A stretch of 64,000 nucleotides of DNA from Vitrella brassicaformis CCMP3155 (GCA_001179505.1 CDMY01000394.1:1-64000), one strand, 5' to 3'. Shown: positions 1 through 11,610, counted from the first letter of the stretch. Numbers and translations are program-made. Notes: generated from the sequence alone by a model not told the origin.

Positions 1-975
1 CCCACCACACTCACCATCTGGTGGGCAGCACATCCATCCACAGACACATGCATGTGGATGTGTGTGTGTGTGTGTGTGCATATGACTGACAGGAGGGTGT
101 CGGGGAGCCGGGTTGAGATGGTTGGCGGGCAGTACCTGGCCGACAAGGTGCCCTGCTGCAGCATCAACATCAGGTACCTACGTCACCCACACAGTCACAC
201 ACACTCTCACTCAGCAAAACGATGTGGTTTGTTCGTGTTTGTCTGTATGTGTATCCCTCGCCCACTCACTCAGTGCTGACGGCAGGTCCGTCGCTCTAGG
301 CCTGACTGACGGTGGCGTGAGGCTCATCAACACACCTTTCCCGACGTACGCAGAGCACACAGCAAGGGGGGGAACGACCATATTTCTTTGTCATTTATGG
401 TGTGTGTGTGTGTGCGTGTGTATTGGCTCTCTCTCTCTCTCTCTGTGTGTGTGTGGGTTTAGTGGAAGTGGTTGGAGTCTGCAGTACAGCTACATGCCCC
501 ACGGCCTTCCCACAAAGGCCGTCTGCTTCGCACAGTAAGTATTAAAAACAGGGGAGGGAGGGTGGGAGGGAGGGAGGGACAGGGGGATGCTATGCGCGCC
601 TGTTGGTCGACTGGCCTGTGTGTGTGTGTGTAGACGTGGGCTGCTGGTCTCTGCTGGCGCCGATTACTCCCTCATGGTAGTCAAGCAACATGCGCAAATG
701 TGCGGGCGAGAGAGTAACGACATGCGTGTGTGTGTGTGTGTGTGTGCCTGCACCAGGTTGCCGACTCGACTAGAAAACGTCCATGTGCAGGTCGCGGCTG
801 CCGTGCGTATGTGTTCTGGGTGCTTCTATTGATGATGGTGGCTGTCGTGGTGGCTCTGGTGGTCAACGTGGGGCTGCTGCCCGACAGTGACAGCCATGTG
901 TCTGACAGTAGCAGAGCAGCAGAGAGCTCTGTCCACACAGCTGCCCCAGATCAGACCGTGCGGGACGAACTCTGA
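1..975 (+). CDS. Sec12/PREB-like WD40 membrane protein, copy 1 (3' part; 5' end outside window)
   Basis: Spliced exons give ...GPTTLTIW|RVSGSRVEMVGGQYLADKVPCCSINI|SADGRSVALGLTDGGVRLINTPFP|FSGSGWSLQYSYMPHGLPTKAVCF|GLLVSAGADYSLMVVK|... (WD40-like blades). These are followed by a hydrophobic helix YVFWVLLLMMVAVVVALVV and a C-terminal RDEL* (stop 973-975). The family call is by recognition of architecture. Confidence 0.62.
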
Positions 976-1933
976 GTGTGGATGGGGGGAGGAAGGCTTG
1001 CAAAGGCAGAGAGGGGAGTGAGGTGGGTGTGGGTGTGGTGGCTGGGGGGAAATAAACACGGGTGTGAGTGAATTATGGAGAAGAGACATGCAGTGTCTGT
1101 CAGCCATGCCCCACTCACCCACACATTTGTGCAATTGATCCGACCACCATCAAGCCAGCTGTACACACACACACACACACACACACACTCCCTCGCTCGC
1201 TCCCTCTCTGCACACACAGCCCACCCCTGCGCACATCCGTGTGTGGCAAGGTGCCTGCCTGTCTGTCACGCACTGCTGCACACGCGCATTCACAAAATTT
1301 GCAAACCCTACGCATAATTAGGCTTTACCTGAGCACCTCAGCCGCCGCCCCGACCCCCTGCAATGGGAAAAAGCCTTCAAATCAGAGAGAGTTTACAGCT
1401 GCGAGCTTGAGTGGTGCTAGGGCCCGCTAACGGCACATGCCCTCTCCAAAAACACAACAGCAGCAGAGAGGCGCACACACAGAGAGACCACACACGAAGC
1501 GAGAAGCAGCCAGAAGGCCCCCCACATGACACCTCTCTCTGTTTGTGCGCTTGTCGGCTCAGGAAAAGGGTGATCTATCTCAAGAAATCGGCAAGGACGT
1601 CAAGGGCCCTAGCAAAGCTTTTCTGACCTCTTGATGAAGGTGCGATTCTGAGCTGGAGAGGCCTATATGTTATTTACTTCAACTACTTTCGGGGTGGGAT
1701 ACCTTTTGAGCAACTTGGGATTCGCCTCATGACCCACACACACAACCTCATTCCCTCTGCTTGGTAAGGCCTCATAGCCCATAGTCACATTATTTTGGAA
1801 CACACGCCCTCAGCTTCTCCCCTGCACCTTCTCTGTACTTGGCTCCGTCTCACTGACGCACCGCCCCCAGTCCCCATGCGACTAGTTGTCGTGGGCTGTC
1901 TGTCTGTCTGTCTGTGTGTGTGTCTGCTATCAG

Positions 1934-3384
1934 GCCTGCCCGGCGCCGGCAAAGGCGCCAGCTGGAGCAAAGAGCCTCATGCCCAGATTCTGCAGGTGGG
2001 CGGGGCAGGCACAGAAGGCAGACACACATACACACACACGCATTCATCGATCGCCTGTGTGTAAGTGTATCAGGTTCTTTCCTGACGTGGGTGGGCCTGC
2101 GAGTCGGAAGTACGTCCTCGTGGGCGCACACGGCGTCAGGGGACCCACCACACTCACCATCTGGTGGGCAGCACATCCATCCACAGACACATGCATGTGG
2201 ATGTGTGTGTGTGTGTGTGTGCATATGACTGACAGGAGGGTGTCGGGGAGCCGGGTTGAGATGGTTGGCGGGCAGTACCTGGCCGACAAGGTGCCCTGCT
2301 GCAGCATCAACATCAGGTACCTACGTCACCCACACAGTCACACACACTCTCACTCAGCAAAACGATGTGGTTTGTTCGTGTTTGTCTGTGTGTGTATCCC
2401 TCGCCCACTCACTCAGTGCTGACGGCAGGTCCGTCGCTCTAGGCCTGACTGACGGTGGCGTGAGGCTCATCAACACACCTTTCCCGACGTACGCAGAGCA
2501 CACAGCAAGGGGGGGAACGACCATATTTCTTTGTCATTTATGNNNNNNNNNNNNNNNNNNNNNNNNNNNNNNNNNNNNNNNNNNNNNNNNNNNNNNNNNN
2601 NNNNNNNNNNNNNNNNNNNNNNNNNNNNNNNNNNNNNNNNNNNNNNNNNNNNNNNNNNNNNNNNNNNNNNNNNNNNNNNNNNNNNNNNNNNNNNNNNNNN
2701 NNNNNNNNNNNNNNNNNNNNNNNNNNNNNNNNNNNNNNNNNNNNNNNNNNNNNNNNNNNNNNNNNNNNNNNNNNNNNNNNNNNNNNNNNNNNNNNNNNNN
2801 NNNNNNNNNNNNNNNNNNNNNNNNNNNNNNNNNNNNNNNNNNGTGTGTGTGCGTGTGTATTGGCTCTCTCTCTCTCTCTCTGTGTGTGTGTGGGTTTAGT
2901 GGAAGTGGTTGGAGTCTGCAGTACAGCTACATGCCCCACGGCCTTCCCACAAAGGCCGTCTGCTTCGCACAGTAAGGGGATGCTATGCGCGCCTGTTGGT
3001 CGACTGGCCTGTGTGTGTGTGTGTGTGTGTAGACGTGGGCTGCTGGTCTCTGCTGGCGCCGATTACTCCCTCATGGTAGTCAAGCAACATGCGCAAATGT
3101 GCGGGCGAGAGAGTAACGACATGCGTGTGTGTGTGTGTGTCTGTGTGTCGCTGTGCCAGCACCAGGTTGCCGACTCGACTAGAAAACGTCCGTGTGCAGG
3201 TCGCGGCTGCCGTACGTGTGTGTTCTGGATGCTTCTATTGATGATCGTGGCTGTCGTGGTGGCTCAGGTGGTCAACGTGGGGCTGCTGCCCGACAGTGAC
3301 AGCCATGTGTCTGACACTAGCAGAGCAGCAGAAAGTTCTGTCCACACAGCTGCCCCAGATCAGACCGTGCGGGACGAACTCTGA
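1934..3384 (+). CDS. Sec12/PREB-like WD40 membrane protein, copy 2 (apparently 5'-truncated tandem paralog; spans an N gap)
   Basis: Same exons as copy 1, plus upstream exons ACPAPAKAPAGAKSLMPRFC|RFFPDVGGPASRKYVLVGAHG. It ends ...PDQTVRDEL*. I see no exons for an N-terminal half between 1210 and 1930. Confidence 0.55.
2543..2842. other. Assembly gap (300 N)
   Basis: Run of exactly 300 N. Confidence 1.
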
Positions 3385-4086
3385 GTGTGGATGGGGGGAG
3401 GAAGGCTTGCAAAGGCAGAGAGGGGAGTGAGGTGGGTGTGGGTGTGGTGGCTGGGGGGAAATAAACACGGGTGTGAGTGAAATATGGAGAAAAGACATGC
3501 AGTGTCTGTCAGCCATGCCGCACTCACCCACACATTTGTACAAGTGATCCGACCACCGTCAAGCCAGCTGTACACACACACACACTCGCTCCCTCGCTCC
3601 CTCCCTCTCCACCTCACTTATGCATCATCCATCTGAACCTTTCTACGGGTCGTCGCGTGGCCTTCGCCACTGTTGTTGAACCCCTTGCTCAGTAGCAAGC
3701 ATGGCAAACCAGACAATCAACAATGGCACCGACCCCGCAACGACACGTCTGCCTGTCTGTCGATGAAGGATCGATCACAGAGAGCCGCATCCGCACTCCA
3801 TCCACACCACACACACACTCGACCACCACCACAAGCATCCATCCATCCATCCACTGCCCTCTGTCTGCATCGTGTGGTTGTCGACTTGGCGCCACACACG
3901 TGCCGGTAAGATAGCTTTCGTCCCATCTCACCAGGGCGTCTGTCTCGCCAGTCTAAAGCCCAGCGATGCAGAAGCGGAAGAGGGCAGAGAGAGAGAGAGA
4001 GAGAGAGGGAGAGACAGGAAGGTACGCAGGGGTTGCCTTGGTCGATTGCTTCAGCCCTCCACCCCCTCGCCATACATGAATTCCTC

Positions 4087-5265
4087 CTACATGAATTCCT
4101 CCTCATTGAACTGCTCACCATCTGCGTGACACACACACACACACACACACACACACATCTCCCCATATCCGTGGGTGGTCAGTGTGCGTGTCTGTGTTCG
4201 CCATTCACTCACCATCCTCCTGTCCATCACCAGCAGAAGCAGAAGCACCAGCAGCGGCAGCAGCAGCGGCAGGAGCAGCAGCGGCAGCAGCGGCAGCAGC
4301 GGCGGGCTGTGCCTCCGGTGCCTCGCGTGTCGGCGCACCCAGTTGAGGAACCACCTCGTCCATGTCGCCGTCGCCCGATGCAGACATGTTCTCACCACCG
4401 CCGCCGCCGCCGTCGGGAGATGCCAGCTTGGCCTCCTTGGCTGCACGCGCCTCGGCGGCATGGGCGGCCTTCCGCTTGCCCTGGTTCTCCTGCTGAACTG
4501 AATGGACGGATTGATCAAAGGAGGGATGACACAAACAGCAGGGGTGTCATGGGTAGATATGTGTGTGTAGAGGGTGGAGGGTGGAGGGGGCGGATGGGAT
4601 GTCTTACTTTCGTTGTGTAGTTGCTCGAGTTCGGGGACGAACTCTTCAAAGTCGAGATCCTTAAGCGCCTCGAAAATGTCCTCCTCACGGATCGTCGTCC
4701 TGCATCACATCCACGGATCGATGGACCACACACAGACACAGACACACACAGACATATAGAACCATATATATGGTGACACCGAGACAGACACGAACAAATC
4801 GCATTCACTCACGCACACAGCCACATGTGTCACCCAGATCTCTCATCTGTCCCCCTGGCTGTCCAGATCCCTCACTGACCGTTTCCTGCTCTTGGCCACC
4901 TCGTTGCTGGCTGCGGTGAGGTAGAGAATGAACACCGCGGCGCTCCTGTTGAACGCCTGCAGCGCCTCCTTGGACACCTTGACGCTACCGTCCAACATGC
5001 TCTTCACCACTCGCTGAACAAACACATGCATGTGAATGACACACAGGTAAAGTACCCATGACAAACGCATCTTGGTGCGCTCTACCTGCACATTCGCCGC
5101 CGGTAGGTCCAGCGGGTGCATGGAAGCGGCCGCAGCCCTCTTCGCACCTCCTCCACCCTCCTCGGCTGCCGCTGCTGCAGCAGCTGCTGGCTGAGCTGGT
5201 GCAGGAGCCTCATCTACAGCTGCACCCTCAATCACAGGCGGCTCAATGCCGCTCCCTGACGCCAT
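4087..5265 (-). CDS. POLE3: DNA polymerase epsilon subunit 3 / CHRAC17 (DPB4), H2B-like histone fold
   Basis: Spliced: LDLPAANVQ|RVVKSMLDGSVKVSKEALQAFNRSAAVFILYLTAASNEVAKSRK|RTTIREEDIFEALKDLDFEEFVPELEQLHNE|...QENQGKRKA...|DGEQFNEEEFM*. This matches the POLE3/DPB4 histone-fold pattern, with GT-AG introns in phase. Confidence 0.88.
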
Positions 5266-5460
5266 TCTCTGCCCCTTCAATTGCAAGCTCAAAGATGAAG
5301 CCGAAAAGCTCGCTTTCCCAGGAAAAGCCGCTTTGCCTGTTGGCGCTGGTTGGCCGCCTCAGCTTGAGTTTTGCCACTCATTTTTGTAGCTGACGCGTCC
5401 CGGACTACCCTGGTTGGTTTGGCGGTTGGCAGTGGCAGTAAGTGTTTGTGGCGAGTGAGG

Positions 5461-7419
5461 ATGTATGGTCAGCACGGAGGGCACAACGGCCCGTCACGGG
5501 CGCAGCCGTCCCAGGTGAGTGCAGTGCGCAGGAACAGACAGACAGAGAGGGCGGGGAGGGAGGGCTTAAGTATATGATCTCTCTCTGTGTGGCTGGGTGA
5601 TGGACATGAGTGACACAGCCTGGATGAGAGCGTGGTGTGTGGGAGACGGCGTGTGTGGTGTCGTGTGGTGTGTGTCGGTTGCATGTCATGTGTCACTCAG
5701 GGCAACTGGACGAAGGACTGGAACTTCTACGTAGCCTTCAACAAGGAGAACGAGCTCACCGTCTACGTGAGTGGGAGTGGATGCCTGTCCATCTGTCCAT
5801 CTGTCTGTCTCTGCGTGTGTGTGTGTGTGTGGTGTGATCGATCAGCTGGACCCCGAAACCAACAAGAGGGAGGGACATGACCACTTCACCATGGGTGGGC
5901 TGAGCCAACCACAGGAATGTGATGTGTGTGATGTGTGTGATGCATGGCATGCAGACGACAATGCGTGTGTGGAGTTCTGCACGTGGCTCAGAATGAACCT
6001 GCCCCAAGTGCGGCCAAAGGGAGGTCAGTCGACTCACTCGGGGCACTAGGGCACTGGTGTCAATGCCGATCGACGCATGGATGGATGGATGGATCGATGT
6101 ACCTGCGTGTGTGTGTGTCTACGTGCGTGCAGGTGCGCCGCTGACAGCGGTGGTCAACATGGCCAACAACAGGATTGGCGACAGGGGAGTCAAGGCGCTG
6201 ACAGTAAGCACACACACACATGTTTGTCTGTGGAGGTGTGCATTTCCACACCACTCGCCACATACACATCTGTCTGCGTGTGTGCGTGCGTGCGTGTGTG
6301 TGTAGGAGTGCTTCCTGGCCACCGACGTGCAGCCGCGCATTCTGAAGCTGTACAAGAACCAAATCGCTGGGGACGGTGCGCAGACACACACATGGACCAT
6401 ACCGGTTTGTTGACATGTGTGTGTGGGGGTGTGTGTGGGGGGGTGTAGGTATGAAGGCGTTGGCTCAGATGGTGCACGACCTCAAGGGGCCCATCAGCGA
6501 AATACACCTCTCGCACAACAAAATCGACGGTGGGTACACACATGGACATACACCCTTGCCATGCCATCCCATCACACATGTCGCCCGGTGTGGCGTGTGC
6601 GCAGAGATGGGTGCGACTGCGCTTGTGGCGGCCATCGCCAACCACCCCAAGAAGGTCTACCCCCGGCGCATGCCCAACGGCAAGTACTGCCCCGTCTGGC
6701 TGCGACTCGAGTACAACCTCATCAGCAACCACGACAAACGTACACACACACACAAGGAATGCAACAAACCGAAGACAACACAAGAGCTCTCGCGTCATTT
6801 CTGGTGTGGTGTGGTGTTGTGTGTGGTGGGTCGGGGGGTGTGCAGTGCTCCGTTTCGTGCAGCAGAAGGGCATCAGCATCTGCACCGAGACCAAGCGAGC
6901 CTTCTGCGGCCCCACCTTCTGCAAAGTGGCCGAAAGTGGCAAAGATTGTACGCACACACCACACACCACACGACAACACACACACACCAATGGCCCATAT
7001 GTGTGTGTGTGTGTTTCTTGTCTGTCTTGTCTTGTCTTGTCCCAGGTCCGCTGCTGCACCTGTATGCCCTCAACCACCAGGGGGAGGGTCGTGCCCCCAA
7101 CGGCTCCATGGCCCTCACCAACGGCAGCTACCCCGCACCAGGACGCGCTACACAACACACCACGCCCCGTGGCCCTCCGCCACACCACCACCAGCAGCAG
7201 CCGCCCTCCACCCACAGGCCCGCACTACCCCCGCCGCAGCGACCACTGGGTGGTGGTCCCGCCACGAGGCCCAACATGGCGCCCAACGTCGGCGGCAAGA
7301 CGCCCCCCGGTGGCCAGATGCCGCCAGCACGGGGACCAGCTGCACAACAGGTGAGCGAGCGAGTTGAGAGAAGGGGGAATGCATTGATTGGTGTGCCTGC
7401 TCACTGTGCCTCTCCTTCC

Positions 7420-7454
<35 letters not shown>

Positions 7455-8157
7455 TGTAGTCTGTGTGGCAGCCGCGCCCCACACCAGCAGCAACAGCAGC
7501 CGCAGCCGCAGTAGCAGCGGCAGCACCGGTGCCCGTGCCGGCCCCAGCAGCTCCGGCCGCCCCATCAGCCCGGCCGGCAGCCTCGCCGCCCGAGGCCAAG
7601 AACCCACCACCGACCACCACCACCACCACCACCACTACACACACCACGAGCGCCACCACCAGCAAGAAGGACACCAACAGGAAGCCCCCCTCCGACGATG
7701 GCTTCGGCAACTTCGGCGACGATGATGACGACGGCGAGGAGGACTGGGCCACCCCCCCGCCGCCCACCAAACCCCCTCAGAAGCAGCAACAGCAGCAGCA
7801 GCAGCAGGGAGGGGGTGCGTTCAGTGGGGGCAGCACGGCGGCCAGCGCGTCGGCGAGTGCGTCGGCCAGTGGTGGTGGTGGTGTTGGTGTTGGTGAGGGT
7901 CCTCTGCCGTGGGTGGATGTGGACCAGGGGGGTATGAGCGTCAGTGAGATCAAGCAGGCTTACCGGGACCTGCACCGCGCGTAAGGCTGGGAAGGAGGGA
8001 GGGGAGCAGACAGGCAGAGAGAAGGGGGACGTGGTGTATGTAACGTGTTGTGTTGGATTCTCCTCTGTGTGTGTGTGTGTGTGTGTGGTGCAGTGCTACG
8101 CAGGAGGTGGACCGGCTGACGAGAGAGCTGCGGGCGGCCAAGGGCGGCCGACCCTGA
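5461..8157 (+). CDS. RNI-like leucine-rich-repeat protein with Pro/Gln-rich tail and short C-terminal coiled coil
   Basis: Multi-exon, with LRR units VNMANNRIGDRGVKAL, ILKLYKNQIAGDGMKALA, ISEIHLSHNKIDEMGATALV and VWLRLEYNLI, then a CGPTFC...PLLHLYALNHQ cap. The last intron starts at 7981 and the exon reads ...HRAATQEVDRLTRELRAAKGGRP*. Confidence 0.72.
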
Positions 8158-8203
8158 CCACAGACATACGCGATGAGTGAAGCGGAGCACGCCACTGGCT
8201 TGG

Positions 8204-8503
8204 NNNNNNNNNNNNNNNNNNNNNNNNNNNNNNNNNNNNNNNNNNNNNNNNNNNNNNNNNNNNNNNNNNNNNNNNNNNNNNNNNNNNNNNNNNNNNNNNN
8301 NNNNNNNNNNNNNNNNNNNNNNNNNNNNNNNNNNNNNNNNNNNNNNNNNNNNNNNNNNNNNNNNNNNNNNNNNNNNNNNNNNNNNNNNNNNNNNNNNNNN
8401 NNNNNNNNNNNNNNNNNNNNNNNNNNNNNNNNNNNNNNNNNNNNNNNNNNNNNNNNNNNNNNNNNNNNNNNNNNNNNNNNNNNNNNNNNNNNNNNNNNNN
8501 NNN
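8204..8503. other. Assembly gap (300 N)
   Basis: Run of exactly 300 N. Confidence 1.
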
Positions 8504-9560
8504 AGGGGAGGGTGGGTCTGGGGGATTGGGTGATTTTGTGATGATGATGCGGTGCGTGTGAGGAAGCTGGGGTACATCTCATGCTGCCTTCATGTGAGAG
8601 CGATCGAGTGCGTGTGTGAGGTGGCGCTTTGAATGAAGGGATGGATGGATGACGAACCAGGCTCACCCCTCACTGGCTGCCTGCCTGCCTCCCTCCCTCC
8701 CTGAATGCCTGCCGGCATGCAGACGGCCTGCGTGTGTTATCTATCCATCTTTTTTCAGCCCTCCTCTCTCCCTCTCTAATGTCTGTGTCGATCTCTGATG
8801 TCTGTGTTGCTCTGCCTCCCTCCGTGTATTCGAGAGCGGTCGACGGTATGATTCATTGCTCCTCTGCATATGGTATGTCTGTAGCCATACGGGCGTTTGT
8901 TAGCCAGCCATACAGCCATGGAGCATGCAGCGTGCCGTGCCGCGCCACACACCGGCCCCCTCTATATCCATGTCTCACTGACCACTTCCCTCTCTATCTC
9001 TGTGGATTTTCTGTCTGTCTGTCTGTGTCTGTGTGTGTATGTAACTCTACGGAACGAAGCGAACGAGGCGACCGATTGAGAGGTTTTAAGCGCACCCGTA
9101 CACGTGTTGACGCACGTGGGGCGGGTGCTCCTCTTATTGCCTACCTGCCTGGCTGGATGGATGACGGATCCATCCCTCCCCTCTCCCTCTCCCTCTCTCT
9201 CTCTGAAGGACTCATAGGCAGAGACAGACCACGTCTCTAGACAGAACTTCTGCGTCTCTATAATTGCGTAGCGGATCGAACGGAAAAACGAGCAGGCAGA
9301 CAGACACAGGAAGGAAAACTTGTGCGCGGTTTCCACAGCACGGCACGGACGCAGAGGCCTCACTCAACGTCACATCACACATCACATCACATCACATCAG
9401 CACCCTCCCTACCCATATCAACAACGCAGCCTCCCACACCCAACTCCCCCACCAACCATCCGATCCACCCCGCCGAAATATCACCCGGGCCGCCGCGCGT
9501 AGATAGATAATTCGACAGCAACTTCGCACGTGCCCCGTCACTCCACTCGCTGCCATCACA

Positions 9561-11125
9561 TCACTGGCCCCCCGTCCACCGGCCCTTGCTGGCCTTCCTG
9601 TCGAGGTATGCCCTGGTGTGTCGGTTCTCGTGCGTCACGCGCCACCTCTCCATCCACGGCCCGCCATTCGTCGTGTCGAACTCGCTGTCGTCACCATCCC
9701 CACCGGCCACCTCAGTCTCGCCCTTGCCGCCTCCCTGTGTGGTGTGTCGGTCGGTCTCGGTGCTGGACCAGTCAATGGACAGTCCCGGCCGGCTCGCGTC
9801 GCGCATCATGACGGGCGGCACCAGACCTGCATGGCATGAAGGACACACACACATGTGTTCGTTCGTTGATAGGGTGTGAGGGTGGGGGAGGGGGTGGTGT
9901 GTGTGTGTGTGTGTATGTACCCCAGAAGCCGGTGGGTTGAGTGGGGTTGAACCAGCGAAGGTCGAGGCTCCATCGGATGCCGTCCGATCGGTTCTGCAGA
10001 CTGCGGTGAGGGATGAGATTGTTGAAGAGCAGCACGCCGCCCACACCGAACTCACAGGTCACCACATCTCGTGAGAGATCCACACCTGCCCACCAGAGAG
10101 AGAGCCTCAGTGTGCTGTGGTGGGTGTGTTGGCTGCTCTCGCTCTGTCTGTCTGTCTGTCCATGTGGCTACCGAGAGTGCGCTGCATTTCGTCTTCAGGG
10201 AGGTCGACGTACCAGGTGTTGCCCGCGCAGCAGACGTGCTCAGCCACCTTCTCCCTCCTGTGACCGCCACGCACCATCTGACCACACACATACACACACA
10301 TTGCCCAGCACACACGCGGCTGTCTGCTGCTGCCGTGGGCTGGCTACCCTACCTGCAGGCAACCGTTGGTCAGGTTGGCGTCAACGAGGGGCACCCATGC
10401 AGTGACGGTGAGGGTGCGGTCCGCCTCTGGTGAAAGATAAGCAGCATCTTGGTGCCACGGCACCGTCAGTTGCTGCACACACACCACGAACGACACCACG
10501 AGAGGTGCGTCACGTCACTCCCGTGACGCATTGACGCACCTCGTTTTGGGGAATCTTTGAGCGGAGGTTCCACACGGGATGGCCGGCGATGTTGGGGCCG
10601 ATCAGCTGCTCCACGACATTCAACAGACGCTCGTCGCACCTGACACACAACACAACACCCAGATAGATGGGCTGGTTGGCCCTTCCTGCACTGGCTGTCC
10701 CCAACCATATGGCCTTGAAGGCGTCGGGGCATCTGGTGGCCTTGTGGATGAGCACCGCCGCTCCGGGGAATGCCTTGTCGAGGTGTATGAGTCGGTCGCG
10801 GAAGCCGTACCCCTCGCACCTGTCCGATATCTTGCCTGCACAAATAACACACAGCACACGCACCTTACACACCACACCCGGCTGGGCTGTCCCTCCCTCT
10901 CTCTCTTGCTGCTGTACGGACCGTACCAGCTTTGTAGAGTTTGTCTGCGAGTGTGTCGACCATGGCGTCCATGGCGCCCCTGCAGGCCTCCAGCTTCTCA
11001 TGGGTGATGTAGTCAGGGAGGATGACGAAGCCGTCTGTGAAGAACTGTTCGAGCTGCTGCTGAGTGAGCTGCCCGTCCTTCTTGTGCGCCACGGGCGGCG
11101 GGATGGTCGTGAACAGATTCTCCAT
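9561..11125 (-). CDS. Phytanoyl-CoA dioxygenase (PhyH) family Fe(II)/2-oxoglutarate oxygenase
   Basis: LTQQQLEQFFTDGFVILP; NLRSKIP; TVPWHQDAAYL (HxD); TAWVPLVDANLTNGCLQV; GGVLLFNNLIPHRSLQNRSDGIRWSLDLRW (distal His and 2OG-binding Arg). Confidence 0.9.
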
Positions 11126-11166
11126 CTTTCAACCCGAAGTCTCTCTCCTTCCAGCGGTTTCAGAGA

Positions 11167-11192
11167 GCAGCGGTTTCAGGGAGCACCCTAGG
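11167..11192 (+). promoter_or_regulatory. Conserved divergent-promoter element, copy A: GCAGCGGTTTCAGGGAGCACCCTAGG
   Basis: The 21-bp core at 11172-11192 is identical to 43569-43589 and matches the reverse complement at 63783-63803 at 19/21. It lies in the 103-bp gap between two divergent ATGs. A regulatory function is inferred. Confidence 0.6.
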
Positions 11193-11228
11193 AAGCAATC
11201 AGCCACTTTGTAGGTATTCATTTCGGCG

Positions 11229-11610
11229 ATGGAGAAGGTGTATGACTCGTTCGGCAACCAGGGACTGCAGGACTTCAAGAAGCCGCCGGCCGAGGCGCCC
11301 ACACGCCGCGCTCACTCACTCTCGGACATGTTCCACGCAATTCATCTGCCGCCGCTGCCGTCATTCCTGACCCATCTCGGCCATGATGTGCATTCCAAGA
11401 AGCAGGCCGTCTTCGTCAAGCCGCTGAGTGAAGCTGAGGCCAAGAAGCAACGGGAGGAGGACACAAAGATGCCGAACAAGATATTCAGGCAGGCACACGC
11501 ATCAGTGTGGTCCATACCTGAATGTGTGTGTGTGTGCTTTCAGTGATGTCGGCAACGTGCCGCTTCAATCCTTCAAGAAGGCTGCATCCTTCGGCGGCGA
11601 ACGAACATAG
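11229..11610 (+). CDS. Small hypothetical protein (~108 aa) with a repeated GNxxLQxFKK motif; GC-AG intron 11489-11543
   Basis: ATG at 11229. Removing gcaggc...gtgctttcag joins KIFS-DVGNVPLQSFKKAASFGGERT*, which echoes the N-terminal YDSFGNQGLQDFKKP. Confidence 0.7.

Larger units (their letters stand above)
1..3609 (+). repeat. Direct tandem duplication: 1..~1208 repeated at 2144..~3609
   Basis: The sequence cccaccacactcaccatctgg at 1 recurs at 2144 and is colinear up to tccctctc. The copies differ by scattered substitutions and a ~45-bp intronic deletion in copy 2 (near 2975). Confidence 0.95.

Noticed and set aside
1415-1614. 11-bp inverted repeat tgctagggccc / gggccctagca enclosing ~180 bp between the duplicated copies (possible MITE)
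   Set aside because: An 11-bp inverted repeat within 200 bp is expected a few times by chance in 64 kb. There is no target-site duplication and no second copy of the interior.
4073-4102. 15-bp tandem duplication (tacatgaattcctcc x2) over the POLE3 stop codon
   Set aside because: A local slippage event that does not change the protein.
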